From assembly GCA_020348985.1 (NCBI GenBank), contig CP070761.1, forward strand, positions 2,499,445-2,563,444: DNA of 64,000 nt. The letters run 5' to 3'. Under the pieces are notes generated by a model that was not told where the DNA came from, did no database searches, and worked only from the letters and a program-made list of their open reading frames with translations. Below are positions 18,827 through 28,306 of this stretch, piece by piece. How positions within the stretch are numbered: position 1 is the stretch's first letter; every line of letters begins with the position of its first letter. Source of the stretch: Candidatus Thorarchaeota archaeon (GTDB taxonomy: Archaea > Asgardarchaeota > Thorarchaeia > Thorarchaeales > Thorarchaeaceae). Made by a program: the position numbers and the translations under genes.

Positions 18827-19600
18827 CTATTTCCCCTTGCGCCATTGCTCAAAGATTGCCATGTACATGCATTCTGAGGGCGGAATCCACATTTCCGAAG
18901 AGCTAAAAGATTGATTCACAAACTCTACTGGAGCCCCTCGTATAAGTGCCGCAGGCACTGATTCATCTGTTTCGCCCATGACCGCCGTGCATGCTGAAGC
19001 CAAGTTGTCAGCTACCGCCCTGCGAGTTATTCGCATGATATTGCCAAATAAGTCCTCACGACCCCTATCGTCCATTACAGGACGAAAACCTGCGACGGCC
19101 AGTGCCATCCCAACGGTCCCCATACGAAGTGGTTGGGTTCGACTGTCTATTATGATGACGCCTATGTCTAATTCGGTTCTCTTCTTCACTTCATCCCTAA
19201 TTCTTTCTGCACTGGCACGAGGATCTTTAGGTAGGAGTGAAGCATGTCCCATCGGGACGTTTGATTTGTCGACACCCGCATTGGCCATCAGAGTATTCTC
19301 CTTGATCGTGAGTAGAACATGCGGAATTCCTCCGAGAATCTCATCAGCCTCTCTGAGAATGAGCTCGGCCACTTCTGGAATCAATGTGTATTGCTCCGAT
19401 AGCCTTCTCGCTTCCTCAGACACTTCCACGTTGGATAGCTTCATCACTCTGCCCTCGGTTGTGCCAAGGGGAGTCTCAGCAATTCCGAGAATATCGTGGT
19501 TGGCAAGTTCGTATTCACACTTCTCAAGACCATCAAGGAGTACGCTCAAAATGTCGTCGGTCTCTGTGATGACACGTGTCTTGATTGGGAGTACTAGCAA
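18827..19600 (-). CDS. cofE: Coenzyme F420:L-glutamate ligase family
   Basis: ANAGVDKSN, LPKDP, GVIIIDS, PLRMG, DLFG, ADNLAS and MGETDE. Confidence 0.88.
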   Translation of the reverse strand: MLVLPIKTRVITETDDILSVLLDGLEKCEYELANHDILGIAETPLGTTEGRVMKLSNVEVSEEARRLSEQYTLIPEVAELILREADEILGGIPHVLLTIKENTLMANAGVDKSNVPMGHASLLPKDPRASAERIRDEVKKRTELDIGVIIIDSRTQPLRMGTVGMALAVAGFRPVMDDRGREDLFGNIMRITRRAVADNLASACTAVMGETDESVPAALIRGAPVEFVNQSFSSSEMWIPPSECMYMAIFEQWRKGK

Positions 19601-19695
19601 TCTCGAGTCCTCCGATTCTGCTCCGAACGCATCTAAGATAAACCCTGTCTATGTGAGCGCGTCAAGGGCGCAATGGACGCTTCCGTTACGAGAAC

Positions 19696-21114
19696 TCATC
19701 TCTTGCTTTGATGGTGTCTCTGCCGCTTCATCCGCGCCCCCATTATGCAACCGTCTCCTTTTCGACCGCCCATTGGATTGGTTCTGGTTCCCATAGAGTT
19801 CATACACCTGCCTGCAACTGCAGCTCCAAGAGCAAGACCATCTTCAACGAAAATCAGGTCACGATTACCCATCCAATGTTTGCCATCCTTAGACTCCAGT
19901 GTTGATGCGATGATAGAAGGCTTCTCTCCTGTAGTTATTCCCCGACCGGTAAGACCCAAGGATGTATTGGGATGCAGCAGTCCTTCCTCTTCTGCCAAGG
20001 ACACTATCCTCTGAGCTGTACGCGCTTGCACCTCGTCAATCAATCTCAGAAGATACGATATACCGTTCGCCTCCACAATGCCGCGTCCAAGAATCTCCAG
20101 GTCAGCAAGTCTAGAACCGTCAGTCCCTGCATCAACACCTATAAGAACCACACCAGATTCGTCAGCAGCTTCGGCGTTAACGGGTACTGTGCCAAATCGC
20201 TTGGTCCCCGGTGTCACCCGCTCAACACGGATGTACTCGTGGACAGCATCAACCTCATCTTGAGTTGCTTCAGCTTTGGACCTCTTGTTTTCTGACAAAT
20301 CCATCACGCAGCCCAAAGGGTTCTCTGGCAACAACGCCCCCCGAGCCAGTGCGTCAGGAATAGCTCCAGCAAGTCCTGCAAAGGACCCTATTGTCTTTGC
20401 GTAGGGATGTCCGTCGTCTGTAACTCTTCCAGCCAACGTTGTACCGAAATCAAGGGTCATCACTGGATTTCGGAAGTCGATGTCTGTGCTCTTGGCGGCA
20501 CCCTTTATGCCTGCAGTCACCAATTCCCCTTCCATCTCATTGGCAACAATCTCGGTGTTAGCAGGAGGAAGAGAACTGGCAATAGCTCCATCGAAGTGCA
20601 CCCTCTGTAGCCAGGTGTAGTCTCTCAGGCTTGGAGGTAGATTGTTGGGCGCAAGTGAGGCTGTCATCTTCTTCGGAGGAACTCCAACAAGCAAGCAACC
20701 ATCCGCTAGTGCCTTGACAATTGTACCGATTTCCTCTGGTCGTTCGAAGCCGGCGGTTATTCCGGTTGATCGAACCACAAAGTGAAGATCGCCCTCGATA
20801 GACATCCTAGCACGACTGACTACACTCGAGATTAGAGTAGCAACGAGTTCGGCAACCGATTCCTGGGAAAGCTCTATGCCAGTCATCGTCCTTCCGAAGA
20901 CGGATTCCGTCGGGACTACGGAGCGTATACCTCTTGTGAGCACAATCTCCTTCTCAATGACGAAGATTTCTGCCGTCTTAAGATTCGTAGATGTGAGTAT
21001 ACATTTGGCGGTCGTGTTTCCAAGCTCAACTGAGGCAACTGTGTAGAACGCTCCCAATCTAAGCGATGATACTCCTATCCGCCGGGGATTGATGAAAATG
21101 GGGCGCGTTGACAT
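19696..21114 (-). CDS. Methanogenesis marker protein 14-like (ASKHA-fold ATPase)
   Basis: FYTVASVELGNTTAKCIL, DLHFVVRSTG, NEMEGELVTAGIK, LDFGTTLAGR and DGLALGAA. ATG 21114 after an SD-like GGTGGGTGAG is preferred over 21177. Confidence 0.8.
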   Translation of the reverse strand: MSTRPIFINPRRIGVSSLRLGAFYTVASVELGNTTAKCILTSTNLKTAEIFVIEKEIVLTRGIRSVVPTESVFGRTMTGIELSQESVAELVATLISSVVSRARMSIEGDLHFVVRSTGITAGFERPEEIGTIVKALADGCLLVGVPPKKMTASLAPNNLPPSLRDYTWLQRVHFDGAIASSLPPANTEIVANEMEGELVTAGIKGAAKSTDIDFRNPVMTLDFGTTLAGRVTDDGHPYAKTIGSFAGLAGAIPDALARGALLPENPLGCVMDLSENKRSKAEATQDEVDAVHEYIRVERVTPGTKRFGTVPVNAEAADESGVVLIGVDAGTDGSRLADLEILGRGIVEANGISYLLRLIDEVQARTAQRIVSLAEEEGLLHPNTSLGLTGRGITTGEKPSIIASTLESKDGKHWMGNRDLIFVEDGLALGAAVAGRCMNSMGTRTNPMGGRKGDGCIMGARMKRQRHHQSKR

Positions 21115-21130
21115 GACAAGACTCACCCAC

Positions 21131-22066
21131 CTAGAGAAGCTTGTTGATAGGATGTCCTTCGATTGGTTCGATTCCAAACTCCGTCCTCAATGACTCTGCG
21201 GCAAATATATCCGCCATCGCAACTACCGGAAAGACACGTTCAGCATTTTCTATGGGCCCATAGAGGATGAAGTCCGCCCCCAATGTGTGTGTGATGAGAT
21301 TGGACGCTATGTCACAGGCTTCAAAGACCTCTGGACTCTCCTTCCTGATCTTGCGAAGCCAGCTCCATGAGGACGGTGCATTGTGTATTCCAGCTCCAAC
21401 TGGATGACCATAGAGCGTCTTGGCAACGAATGTGAACGATGCAGAAGAGCCAGCTCCTGCCCCCATTGCCATAGTTGCTGTGTCAATTAGTGGCTTCTTG
21501 ATCCCTAAGTCTTCAGCTAGAGCGAGCAGACCTCTTTCAAGCGTGATTGTTCCGTCATCTAGGACACCTCTCTTGCCGGCAATAGACGGATCCTGTGGAT
21601 TAAAGGCCAGAATGATGGCGCATTCGTGCTGCATGTTCCAAAGTGCCTCTCTCTCCTCTTTTGTGGCTGAGACGTTGAGCGAGTTGTAGATGGCCCTGTC
21701 AAGGAACCCAACCTCCTCCGCGTAATGAAGACCTGACACTCTTACCAATGGATCTGCTGAATCAATCAAGAATGGAGCATCAGACAGATCAGCAGTAAAA
21801 CCAAGGAACTTCAGCATGGCCTCTGAGGTCTCTGCAAAAACCTGAACCATTCTTGGATTGCCTGTCGTGTCTGACAGTTCCTCTTGTGAGTTTATCAATG
21901 ACTCTGCTGCTTTCTTGTCGAAGTCCCCGCGAACAGGATCCTTCACTATTTTGTGTCCACCATAGAATATGGTTCCCGCCAGAACAGTCGGGTGTTCACC
22001 TGGATGGCCACCCACTCTTGTTCCAGCTATGTCGTACACGAACTGCTCTTTCTCGAAGAGAAACAT
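21131..22066 (-). CDS. mtrH: Tetrahydromethanopterin S-methyltransferase subunit H family (MtrH/MtxH)
   Basis: GGHPGEHPTVLAGTIFY, PFLIDS, IYNS, PLIDTA, GIHNAPSSW and LYGPIENA. Confidence 0.9.
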   Translation of the reverse strand: MFLFEKEQFVYDIAGTRVGGHPGEHPTVLAGTIFYGGHKIVKDPVRGDFDKKAAESLINSQEELSDTTGNPRMVQVFAETSEAMLKFLGFTADLSDAPFLIDSADPLVRVSGLHYAEEVGFLDRAIYNSLNVSATKEEREALWNMQHECAIILAFNPQDPSIAGKRGVLDDGTITLERGLLALAEDLGIKKPLIDTATMAMGAGAGSSASFTFVAKTLYGHPVGAGIHNAPSSWSWLRKIRKESPEVFEACDIASNLITHTLGADFILYGPIENAERVFPVVAMADIFAAESLRTEFGIEPIEGHPINKLL

Positions 22067-22071
22067 ATCAT

Positions 22072-22761
22072 CTACAACTCCTTGCCTATCGTTATGGTCC
22101 CTGTTTCGGTGTCTGTCACTTTTGCCCCAATGTTAGATGGATGAGTAGCTATCAGTGCAATTGATTCCTGTTTTGATATCAGTGACGTCGAGGAGGTCAT
22201 TGACATACCATACTCAGGAAGCAGCATGATTTCCGCACTTACAACTACACCCTTTGGCTTGGCCGACTTGGCCTTGAATTCGATCCATATTGGATCATCT
22301 GGAAATGGTCCGGGATTCCTGACAACTAGCTCTGCAGCTGCAGCCGATATAGCATCCGCATCAAGAACTCTGATGAAGTCAATAAGCTCAATCTGGACTC
22401 GGAACCGCTCTACAACCTCCACGGGGATGTTCTCAATGTATGGTATTGCACCAGGGGCATCAATGATTCTTCGCGTTTCTTCATCAATCCCATTCTCGTG
22501 TAAGCACTTGAAGCTCTTGCCCGTCAGATGTCCAGGAACTTCGGGTCCGGCAAGTATTAGGAATCTGATGTTGGGATTGGCCACAATGTTGGCAACTACT
22601 CGTTCAATCCCTATGTTCTCCGTCTTGCAGGAGCCGTTCAGTGCGAAGTCGCCTTTGATCGAGATCTTCTTTCCTAGAGTACAAATCGCTACGCATGATG
22701 AGTAGGAACCAACCTCGAAGTCACCTGACATGGGAGGCCACTCTTGTTCCTCATCAGACAT
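22072..22761 (-). CDS. mtrA: Corrinoid protein MtrA/MtxA, soluble form
   Basis: WPPMSGDF, CKTENIGIER, NPNIRFLIL, EVPGHLTG (cobamide His ligand) and APGAIPYIEN. No C-terminal TM helix. Confidence 0.9.
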   Translation of the reverse strand: MSDEEQEWPPMSGDFEVGSYSSCVAICTLGKKISIKGDFALNGSCKTENIGIERVVANIVANPNIRFLILAGPEVPGHLTGKSFKCLHENGIDEETRRIIDAPGAIPYIENIPVEVVERFRVQIELIDFIRVLDADAISAAAAELVVRNPGPFPDDPIWIEFKAKSAKPKGVVVSAEIMLLPEYGMSMTSSTSLISKQESIALIATHPSNIGAKVTDTETGTITIGKEL

Positions 22762-22771
22762 CTTTTTGTCA

Positions 22772-23695
22772 TCACCCGCTGGTCAAAGGCTCGAAAAGGT
22801 CTCGTTCGATGCCCATTGCTCGGCTTGACTCGGCCGCAGCAGAAGAGATTGCATTTCCTATCAGCGCCGCGGCTCCAAATGCTTCCTTTGAGCGAATCAT
22901 TGAGCCATACATTATACAATCTGCTGCGAAAACCTGGGCAGTCGATATTGCTGCAATTAGTGTCGCAAGATGCATTGGCTCATTGTCAAGGTCTGAATCC
23001 TTGATGAACTTCCAGGCAGAGGGAGCGTTATGTGGAGCCAGACTAGTTGGATAGCCAAGCTGAGACTTCACTGCCAAGAGCGTGCGATATTCAACTCCGT
23101 GGCCCGAGCCAACAGGCAGTGCACCGGGATCCACCAGGAACTCTGTGATGCCCATGTCCTGTGCTGAGGTGACCATCTCCCTGATCGTCTCCATTCTTTC
23201 TGGGAGCGATGTTGCTCTGGGGGTCCATCCTAGAACGATGCCCTTGCCTAGTGAACTCGCTGTCAAGGCCGCCTTTTCTTCATCAGTCATCGAGAGATTG
23301 ATGCTATTGTACAATGCTCTGTTGTTAAGACCCGACTCATCACAGAACTCAATTCCTCTAATACGGGATTCTGGCTTGACCGACTCAAAGATGATCGGAC
23401 CTTCAAATTGATCTGCAAGCCATGAGAGATGTGTCTCCATTGCTTTTGGCGTTCGACCAAAAGCCTGAATCATCAAAGGATGACCAGTCCTTTCTGACAT
23501 AAGAGTCCCAGTCTCTATCCATTCTTTGGCGAGCTTCTTGTCAAAGATACCTTCACGAGTGTTCTCCATTATTGGCTGGCCTGCAAAAAACATACCGCCT
23601 ATCAACACCGTGGGGTTCTCACCAGGCTGCCCTCCAGCGACCACTCCTCCAAAGTCGAAAGTTTGCTGCTCCTGCTTGAAGACGTACATCATCAC
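22772..23695 (-). CDS. Second, more divergent MtrH-family methyltransferase
   Basis: GGQPGENPTVLIGGMFF, LYNSIN, LVDPG, APHNAPSAW and MYGS. Confidence 0.85.
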   Translation of the reverse strand: MMMYVFKQEQQTFDFGGVVAGGQPGENPTVLIGGMFFAGQPIMENTREGIFDKKLAKEWIETGTLMSERTGHPLMIQAFGRTPKAMETHLSWLADQFEGPIIFESVKPESRIRGIEFCDESGLNNRALYNSINLSMTDEEKAALTASSLGKGIVLGWTPRATSLPERMETIREMVTSAQDMGITEFLVDPGALPVGSGHGVEYRTLLAVKSQLGYPTSLAPHNAPSAWKFIKDSDLDNEPMHLATLIAAISTAQVFAADCIMYGSMIRSKEAFGAAALIGNAISSAAAESSRAMGIERDLFEPLTSG

Positions 23696-23723
23696 TTACT
23701 CCTTCAACGAACCAAACTGAGTC

Positions 23724-25016
23724 TTAGGGATCCATCACTCTCGTAAGGGCATCAAGGGGTAGCTGCCCTGCCAGTCTATCGAGAGCTTCCTCGCTCAAAT
23801 AGACTTCGACATGGATGACACTCTCGTCAAACGACTGACTCAGAACGTGAGCATTGTCATGGAGCCATGATACTACGGACATGGCACTTCTATCGTATGG
23901 GATGTCTATCGAGTATCGAACTAATCCAGGGAGGCTCCGTTCCACAGCGGCAAGAAGTGCTTCTAGACCTGTTGACTCCTTTGCTGAGATGGCCACGACG
24001 GAACCATTGAAGTCTTCAAAGGCCACAAGTCGTTCTTCGATAGAATTCTCATCCAGTAAGTCAGTCTTGTTTATTGCTAGAACAAGCGGGATACCTCCAA
24101 CGCCTACTCTGTTGAATGTTTGTTGGCAGACCTCTATCTTTCTGCCCATTTCTTCTAGCGAGTTACTACCATCTACTACTAAGATGATGACATCAGCTGA
24201 TGTAATCTCCATCAGGGTTGTATTGAATGCTTCAAGAAGAGCAGGGGGCAGGTCACTTATGAACCCGACCGAATCTGTCAGGACAACTTGCCGTCCAACC
24301 ATAGACAGAGAGGAAGACTTCGTAGCAAGCGTTGTGAAGAACTTGTCCTCTACCGCAACGTCAGAGCCAGTCAGTGCTCTGTGGAGAGTACTCTTTCCTG
24401 CATTGGTATAGCCAGCCAGCGCGATTTCGCTAAATCCAACCCGTTTCCTCTTCTTTTTCTTCAGAGTCTGTTCTTCTGAGATTTTCTTGAGTTTAGCCGA
24501 AATTTGCGCGACTCGCCTTTTTATCTCAGATATGCGGAGTGTGAGCGGGTCCTCCCCCGCACCTATCTGTTCGGCAATGGGGCGGTCGCCCGTGTGCTCT
24601 TTCTGCAGCCTCATTCTAATCTGATGGCGCTCAAAGGGCAGCTCATAGCGGAGGCGTGCCTGTTCGATCTGGAGCTTGGCCTGAGGAGTTCCGGCATGTT
24701 TATCAAAGATCTCTAAGATGACTTGTGTTCTATCTCGAACCTCAATCTCCCATTTCTCCATTAGTCGAAAGAGCTGGCTTGATTTGAGGGCTGGAGAAAA
24801 GAGAGCGTATTCTGGCTGGTTTATTTCTATCCAAGTTCCAATCTCCTCAGCTTTGCCGGCCCTGATGCCATACTTGGCCGACGGTACTCCTACTATGTCG
24901 AACCGACCTACGACCATATAGCCTGCTGTTTCGGCCAACGATTCGAACTCATGCATGAGGTCAGGCTCGTCTGACCTTCTACGTTGAACAAGTATAGTAG
25001 TGTGAGATTCCATCAA
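23724..25016 (-). CDS. hflX: Ribosome-associated GTPase HflX
   Basis: DRTQVILEIF, KLQIEQARLRY, GYTNAGKST, FTTL, DSVGFI, NKTD and SAK. Confidence 0.93.
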   Translation of the reverse strand: MMESHTTILVQRRRSDEPDLMHEFESLAETAGYMVVGRFDIVGVPSAKYGIRAGKAEEIGTWIEINQPEYALFSPALKSSQLFRLMEKWEIEVRDRTQVILEIFDKHAGTPQAKLQIEQARLRYELPFERHQIRMRLQKEHTGDRPIAEQIGAGEDPLTLRISEIKRRVAQISAKLKKISEEQTLKKKKRKRVGFSEIALAGYTNAGKSTLHRALTGSDVAVEDKFFTTLATKSSSLSMVGRQVVLTDSVGFISDLPPALLEAFNTTLMEITSADVIILVVDGSNSLEEMGRKIEVCQQTFNRVGVGGIPLVLAINKTDLLDENSIEERLVAFEDFNGSVVAISAKESTGLEALLAAVERSLPGLVRYSIDIPYDRSAMSVVSWLHDNAHVLSQSFDESVIHVEVYLSEEALDRLAGQLPLDALTRVMDP

Positions 25017-25121
25017 CTGAGTTCAGAGCGCTACCATCTTAAGACGTTCGCTCGCGTCCAAGATCGGGAGGGCAAGCACAAGATTCTTGGCCTGTTCAAA
25101 GCCCCAGCATCGTGGTCATCA

Positions 25122-27152
25122 ATGAGTGATTTTGAGATTCGTGCAAAGGACGGCATGGCAAGAATCGGACTTCTGCCTACAAAGCACGGGCGCCTAAGGA
25201 CACCTCTCCTGATGCCCGTGGTACATCCTGGTAAGTCGGCTGTTTCTCCGAAGGCCCTCATTGAGACCTATGGATTCCAAATGATAATCACAAACTCGTA
25301 CATAATCAAATCACACGAGAAGTTCAGGAGCAAGGCACAGAGTGAGGGGGTTCACTCGCTGCTTGATGTTGATGTGCCTGTAATGACTGATTCAGGCACA
25401 TTCCAAATGTACTTCCACGGTCTTCCGGAAGATGAGATTGATCCTCTTGAGATTGTGAGATTCCAGAAGGAGATTGGTTCTGACATAGGCACAATCCTAG
25501 ATGTCTTCTCAGACCCAAAGGTGGGCAAATCGAAGGTGGAAGAGGATGTGCGTGTGTCTATTGAACGCGCCAGGATTTCCGTTGGGTCGAAGGATGACAT
25601 GCTTCTTGCGGGGACAGTACAAGGCGGGATCTATCCAGACTTGAGGAGAGAATCTGCTCGTAAAATGGCGGAACTCGATTTCGACATTCATCCCGTAGGA
25701 GGAGCAGTGCCACTCATGGAAGCCTACAGATATGCTGACGTAGTCAGAGCGACGCTGGCTGCCAAGGAGTTTCTTCCGGTGGAAAGGCCTGTGCATCTCT
25801 TTGGATGCGGCCATCCGATGTTCTTTGCACTGGCAACGCTCTTGGGATGTGATCTATTCGACTCGGCCTCATATGCGAAGTTCGCTGAAACAGGCAGACT
25901 ACTTCTGACGACCGGGACAGTCCATTTGCAAGACCTGACAGAGCTTCCCTGTAATTGTCCTGTTTGTAGCAGGACCACTGCCGAAGAGATGAAGAACCTC
26001 AAGAAGAACGAACAAGAACTGGCACTGCTGAAGCACAATCTGTACATCAGCGCAGCTGAAATGCGTCGTGTGAGACAGGCAATCTATGATGGGCGGCTTC
26101 TTGAGCTAGCATCGATTCGTGCTCGAGGTCATCCAAGTCTGTATGATGCGCTTCAAGTCTTCCTGAGTCATTACAACCAGATAGAGGAATACCATCCTGT
26201 AGGAAATTCATCTTCAGTCTTCTACACAGGACCGGAAACTGCAGATCATCCCGACTTTGTGAGATTCACCCAACGAATTCTGGATAGGTACCCGTATACC
26301 AAAAGCTCGAACTTGTTCCTTGTTCCACATCATGGGGATCGACCCTTTGCAGAGACTACCTCAAAGATTGTGCAATTGGTCAGGTCAAGCAAAGCAGAGT
26401 CCAGCCTCCTGGTTTTTGCAGCTCCGCTAGGAGTGGTCCCTTGGGAGCTAGAGCACGTCTTTCCGGCTCAGCATTGTATCTTCCCTAGGAAGTTGGACAT
26501 TGCCACGATCAACGCTTCCAAAGAACGCACTGTGAGTTTCATCAAGACTCTGAGTTACAATGATGCTTACTGGGTTACTCGAGATACTCCGACTGATTCA
26601 CTTCTTGATGACGTCTTGGATGAATTTGGAATTGCCCGGCTGGGTGATGCGGCTGAGGGTCTGGCCATTATGGAAGAGGCCAACACCGGAGAACACTGGC
26701 CGCAGAGAAAGCTTGGAGCACTGATGGCATATCAGTGGGGACTGGAGGTTGGCTCTCTGTCAGACATCAAGGGCTTGAGTGTGAAAGTATCAAAGTCCAC
26801 AGGAAAGATCAGACATGTCACCAAAGGAGAGGACATTCTATTCACAATCATCCCAACGACAGGTATGCTTGCGCCTACGATGTCTGGCGGACTCTACCTT
26901 CTTGAGAAGAACTTGGGCCGAGACTATCAAGTCACTCTTGAAAACGAAGCCGCTGAGTTCGTAGCGAAGGGGAAGTCAGCTCTGGCAAAGTTTGTGATAG
27001 AGGCGAGTCCTCTGCTCAGAGCAGGAGAAGAGGTCATAGTGGTGAATGAGGACAGGGAGCCTGTTGGCGTCGGCCGTGCCAGCCTAAACGGCAATGAGAT
27101 GATCTCTTTCAACCGCGGAGTCGCTGTCAATACACGTCATTCTAGGTTGTGA
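25122..27152 (+). CDS. tgtA: Archaeosine tRNA-guanine(15) transglycosylase with C-terminal PUA domain
   Basis: FEIRAKDGMARIG, TPLLMPV, MTDSGTFQ, HLFGCGHP, DLFDSASYA, the Zn site CNCPVC...H and a PUA domain. ATG 25122 avoids overlap with hflX. Confidence 0.93.
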   Translation: MSDFEIRAKDGMARIGLLPTKHGRLRTPLLMPVVHPGKSAVSPKALIETYGFQMIITNSYIIKSHEKFRSKAQSEGVHSLLDVDVPVMTDSGTFQMYFHGLPEDEIDPLEIVRFQKEIGSDIGTILDVFSDPKVGKSKVEEDVRVSIERARISVGSKDDMLLAGTVQGGIYPDLRRESARKMAELDFDIHPVGGAVPLMEAYRYADVVRATLAAKEFLPVERPVHLFGCGHPMFFALATLLGCDLFDSASYAKFAETGRLLLTTGTVHLQDLTELPCNCPVCSRTTAEEMKNLKKNEQELALLKHNLYISAAEMRRVRQAIYDGRLLELASIRARGHPSLYDALQVFLSHYNQIEEYHPVGNSSSVFYTGPETADHPDFVRFTQRILDRYPYTKSSNLFLVPHHGDRPFAETTSKIVQLVRSSKAESSLLVFAAPLGVVPWELEHVFPAQHCIFPRKLDIATINASKERTVSFIKTLSYNDAYWVTRDTPTDSLLDDVLDEFGIARLGDAAEGLAIMEEANTGEHWPQRKLGALMAYQWGLEVGSLSDIKGLSVKVSKSTGKIRHVTKGEDILFTIIPTTGMLAPTMSGGLYLLEKNLGRDYQVTLENEAAEFVAKGKSALAKFVIEASPLLRAGEEVIVVNEDREPVGVGRASLNGNEMISFNRGVAVNTRHSRL

Positions 27153-28299
27153 CTGAGGGCCCCTCTGCACTGGCCATAGGATGACCAGGGATTTTCCTTA
27201 AGGCGTGAACTCCTCCCAATGGAAGAACCATCACATCTCTAACTGGTGCATAGAATGTTATTTCGTCGCCGGGTGTGAGCTTGAGATCTGGGTCAAGCAG
27301 TGCTTGAGCAGGTATGTCACCTACCGAGAAATAGACTTCCAGACCATTGCCAATGTAGATCGTGCGTGTAACCTTTCCCGTAATCTGATTGTCTTCTTGA
27401 GAAGAACGCTCCAGAAAGAGATTCTCTGGACGGATGGCACACTTGACATCCTCACCTTCCTCGAACGGGTATCCATGAACCGTGGTAACTCCTGATATTG
27501 GTTGTCCATCTGTTAGTCGAACTTGTAGAGTGCTTCCCGTCTTCTCGATCTTTCCCTCCACAAACGTACATTGTCCAATGAAATCAGCAACAAAGATAGT
27601 CTGTGGGTTTGCATATATCTCCCGGGGAGTATCGAACTGCTGGACATAACCGTGGTCCATAACTGCTACTCGATCTGAGATACTGAGGGCTTCATGTTGA
27701 TCATGGGTTACATACACGGTCGTGATTGACAGCTCCTTCTGGATTCGTATAATCTCCTCTCTCATTTCTATTCTGAGCTTGGCATCCAAGTTAGATAGCG
27801 GCTCGTCCAAGAGGAGAACGTCAGGCTCAATAGCGAGTGCACGGGCAAGAGCGACACGTTGCTGCTGACCGCCGCTAAGCTGATGGGGAGTTCGTTCACC
27901 TAGAGCATCCATCTGTACAAGCCCTAGAGCTTCATCAACCCTGCGTCGGATTGCGGATCCTGTGTACTTCATTCCCTTGACGCGTTTGATTTTCAGGCCA
28001 TATGCGATATTGTCGAACACAGACATATGCGGCCAGAGTGCGTAGTTCTGGAAACACATTCCGGTATTGCGCTTGTTTGGTGGTATGTATGTCATTTCTT
28101 TGTCATCGAAGAAGACTCTGCCTCTGTCGGGCTCATAGAAGCCTGCAATCAAACGCAAGAGAGTCGTCTTTCCACAACCAGATGGACCGAGAAGTGTAGA
28201 AAGCTCAGCCTCTTGAAGTTCCATATTGACGTGGTCAGTGGCCACAACGTCTCCGAAAGTCTTTCGCAGATTTTCCAAACGTATAGTTACCATTTTCAT
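27142..28299 (-). CDS. ABC transporter ATP-binding subunit (FbpC/PotA-like) with TOBE domain
   Basis: GPSGCGKT, FQNYALWPH, LSGGQQQR, LLLDEP and YVTHD. Confidence 0.95.
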   Translation of the reverse strand: MKMVTIRLENLRKTFGDVVATDHVNMELQEAELSTLLGPSGCGKTTLLRLIAGFYEPDRGRVFFDDKEMTYIPPNKRNTGMCFQNYALWPHMSVFDNIAYGLKIKRVKGMKYTGSAIRRRVDEALGLVQMDALGERTPHQLSGGQQQRVALARALAIEPDVLLLDEPLSNLDAKLRIEMREEIIRIQKELSITTVYVTHDQHEALSISDRVAVMDHGYVQQFDTPREIYANPQTIFVADFIGQCTFVEGKIEKTGSTLQVRLTDGQPISGVTTVHGYPFEEGEDVKCAIRPENLFLERSSQEDNQITGKVTRTIYIGNGLEVYFSVGDIPAQALLDPDLKLTPGDEITFYAPVRDVMVLPLGGVHALRKIPGHPMASAEGPSVTT

Positions 28300-28306
28300 A
28301 TACCCC

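Noticed and set aside
18978-19796. 272-aa + strand ORF
   Set aside because: Antisense to cofE, with composition typical of a reverse-frame shadow.
19696-23695. Evidence that the organism is a methanogen
   Set aside because: No mcr or membrane mtr subunits in the window; MtrA/MtrH and CofE also occur in non-methanogens.
23854-24411. 185-aa + strand ORF and the many similar 60-165 aa ORFs opposite long genes
   Set aside because: Fully overlap well-supported genes on the other strand or frame and have no recognisable motifs.
24984-25121. N-terminal 46-aa extension of tgtA in the ORF track
   Set aside because: Overlaps the hflX start and the divergent promoter region; family similarity begins at MSDFEIRAKDG (25122).
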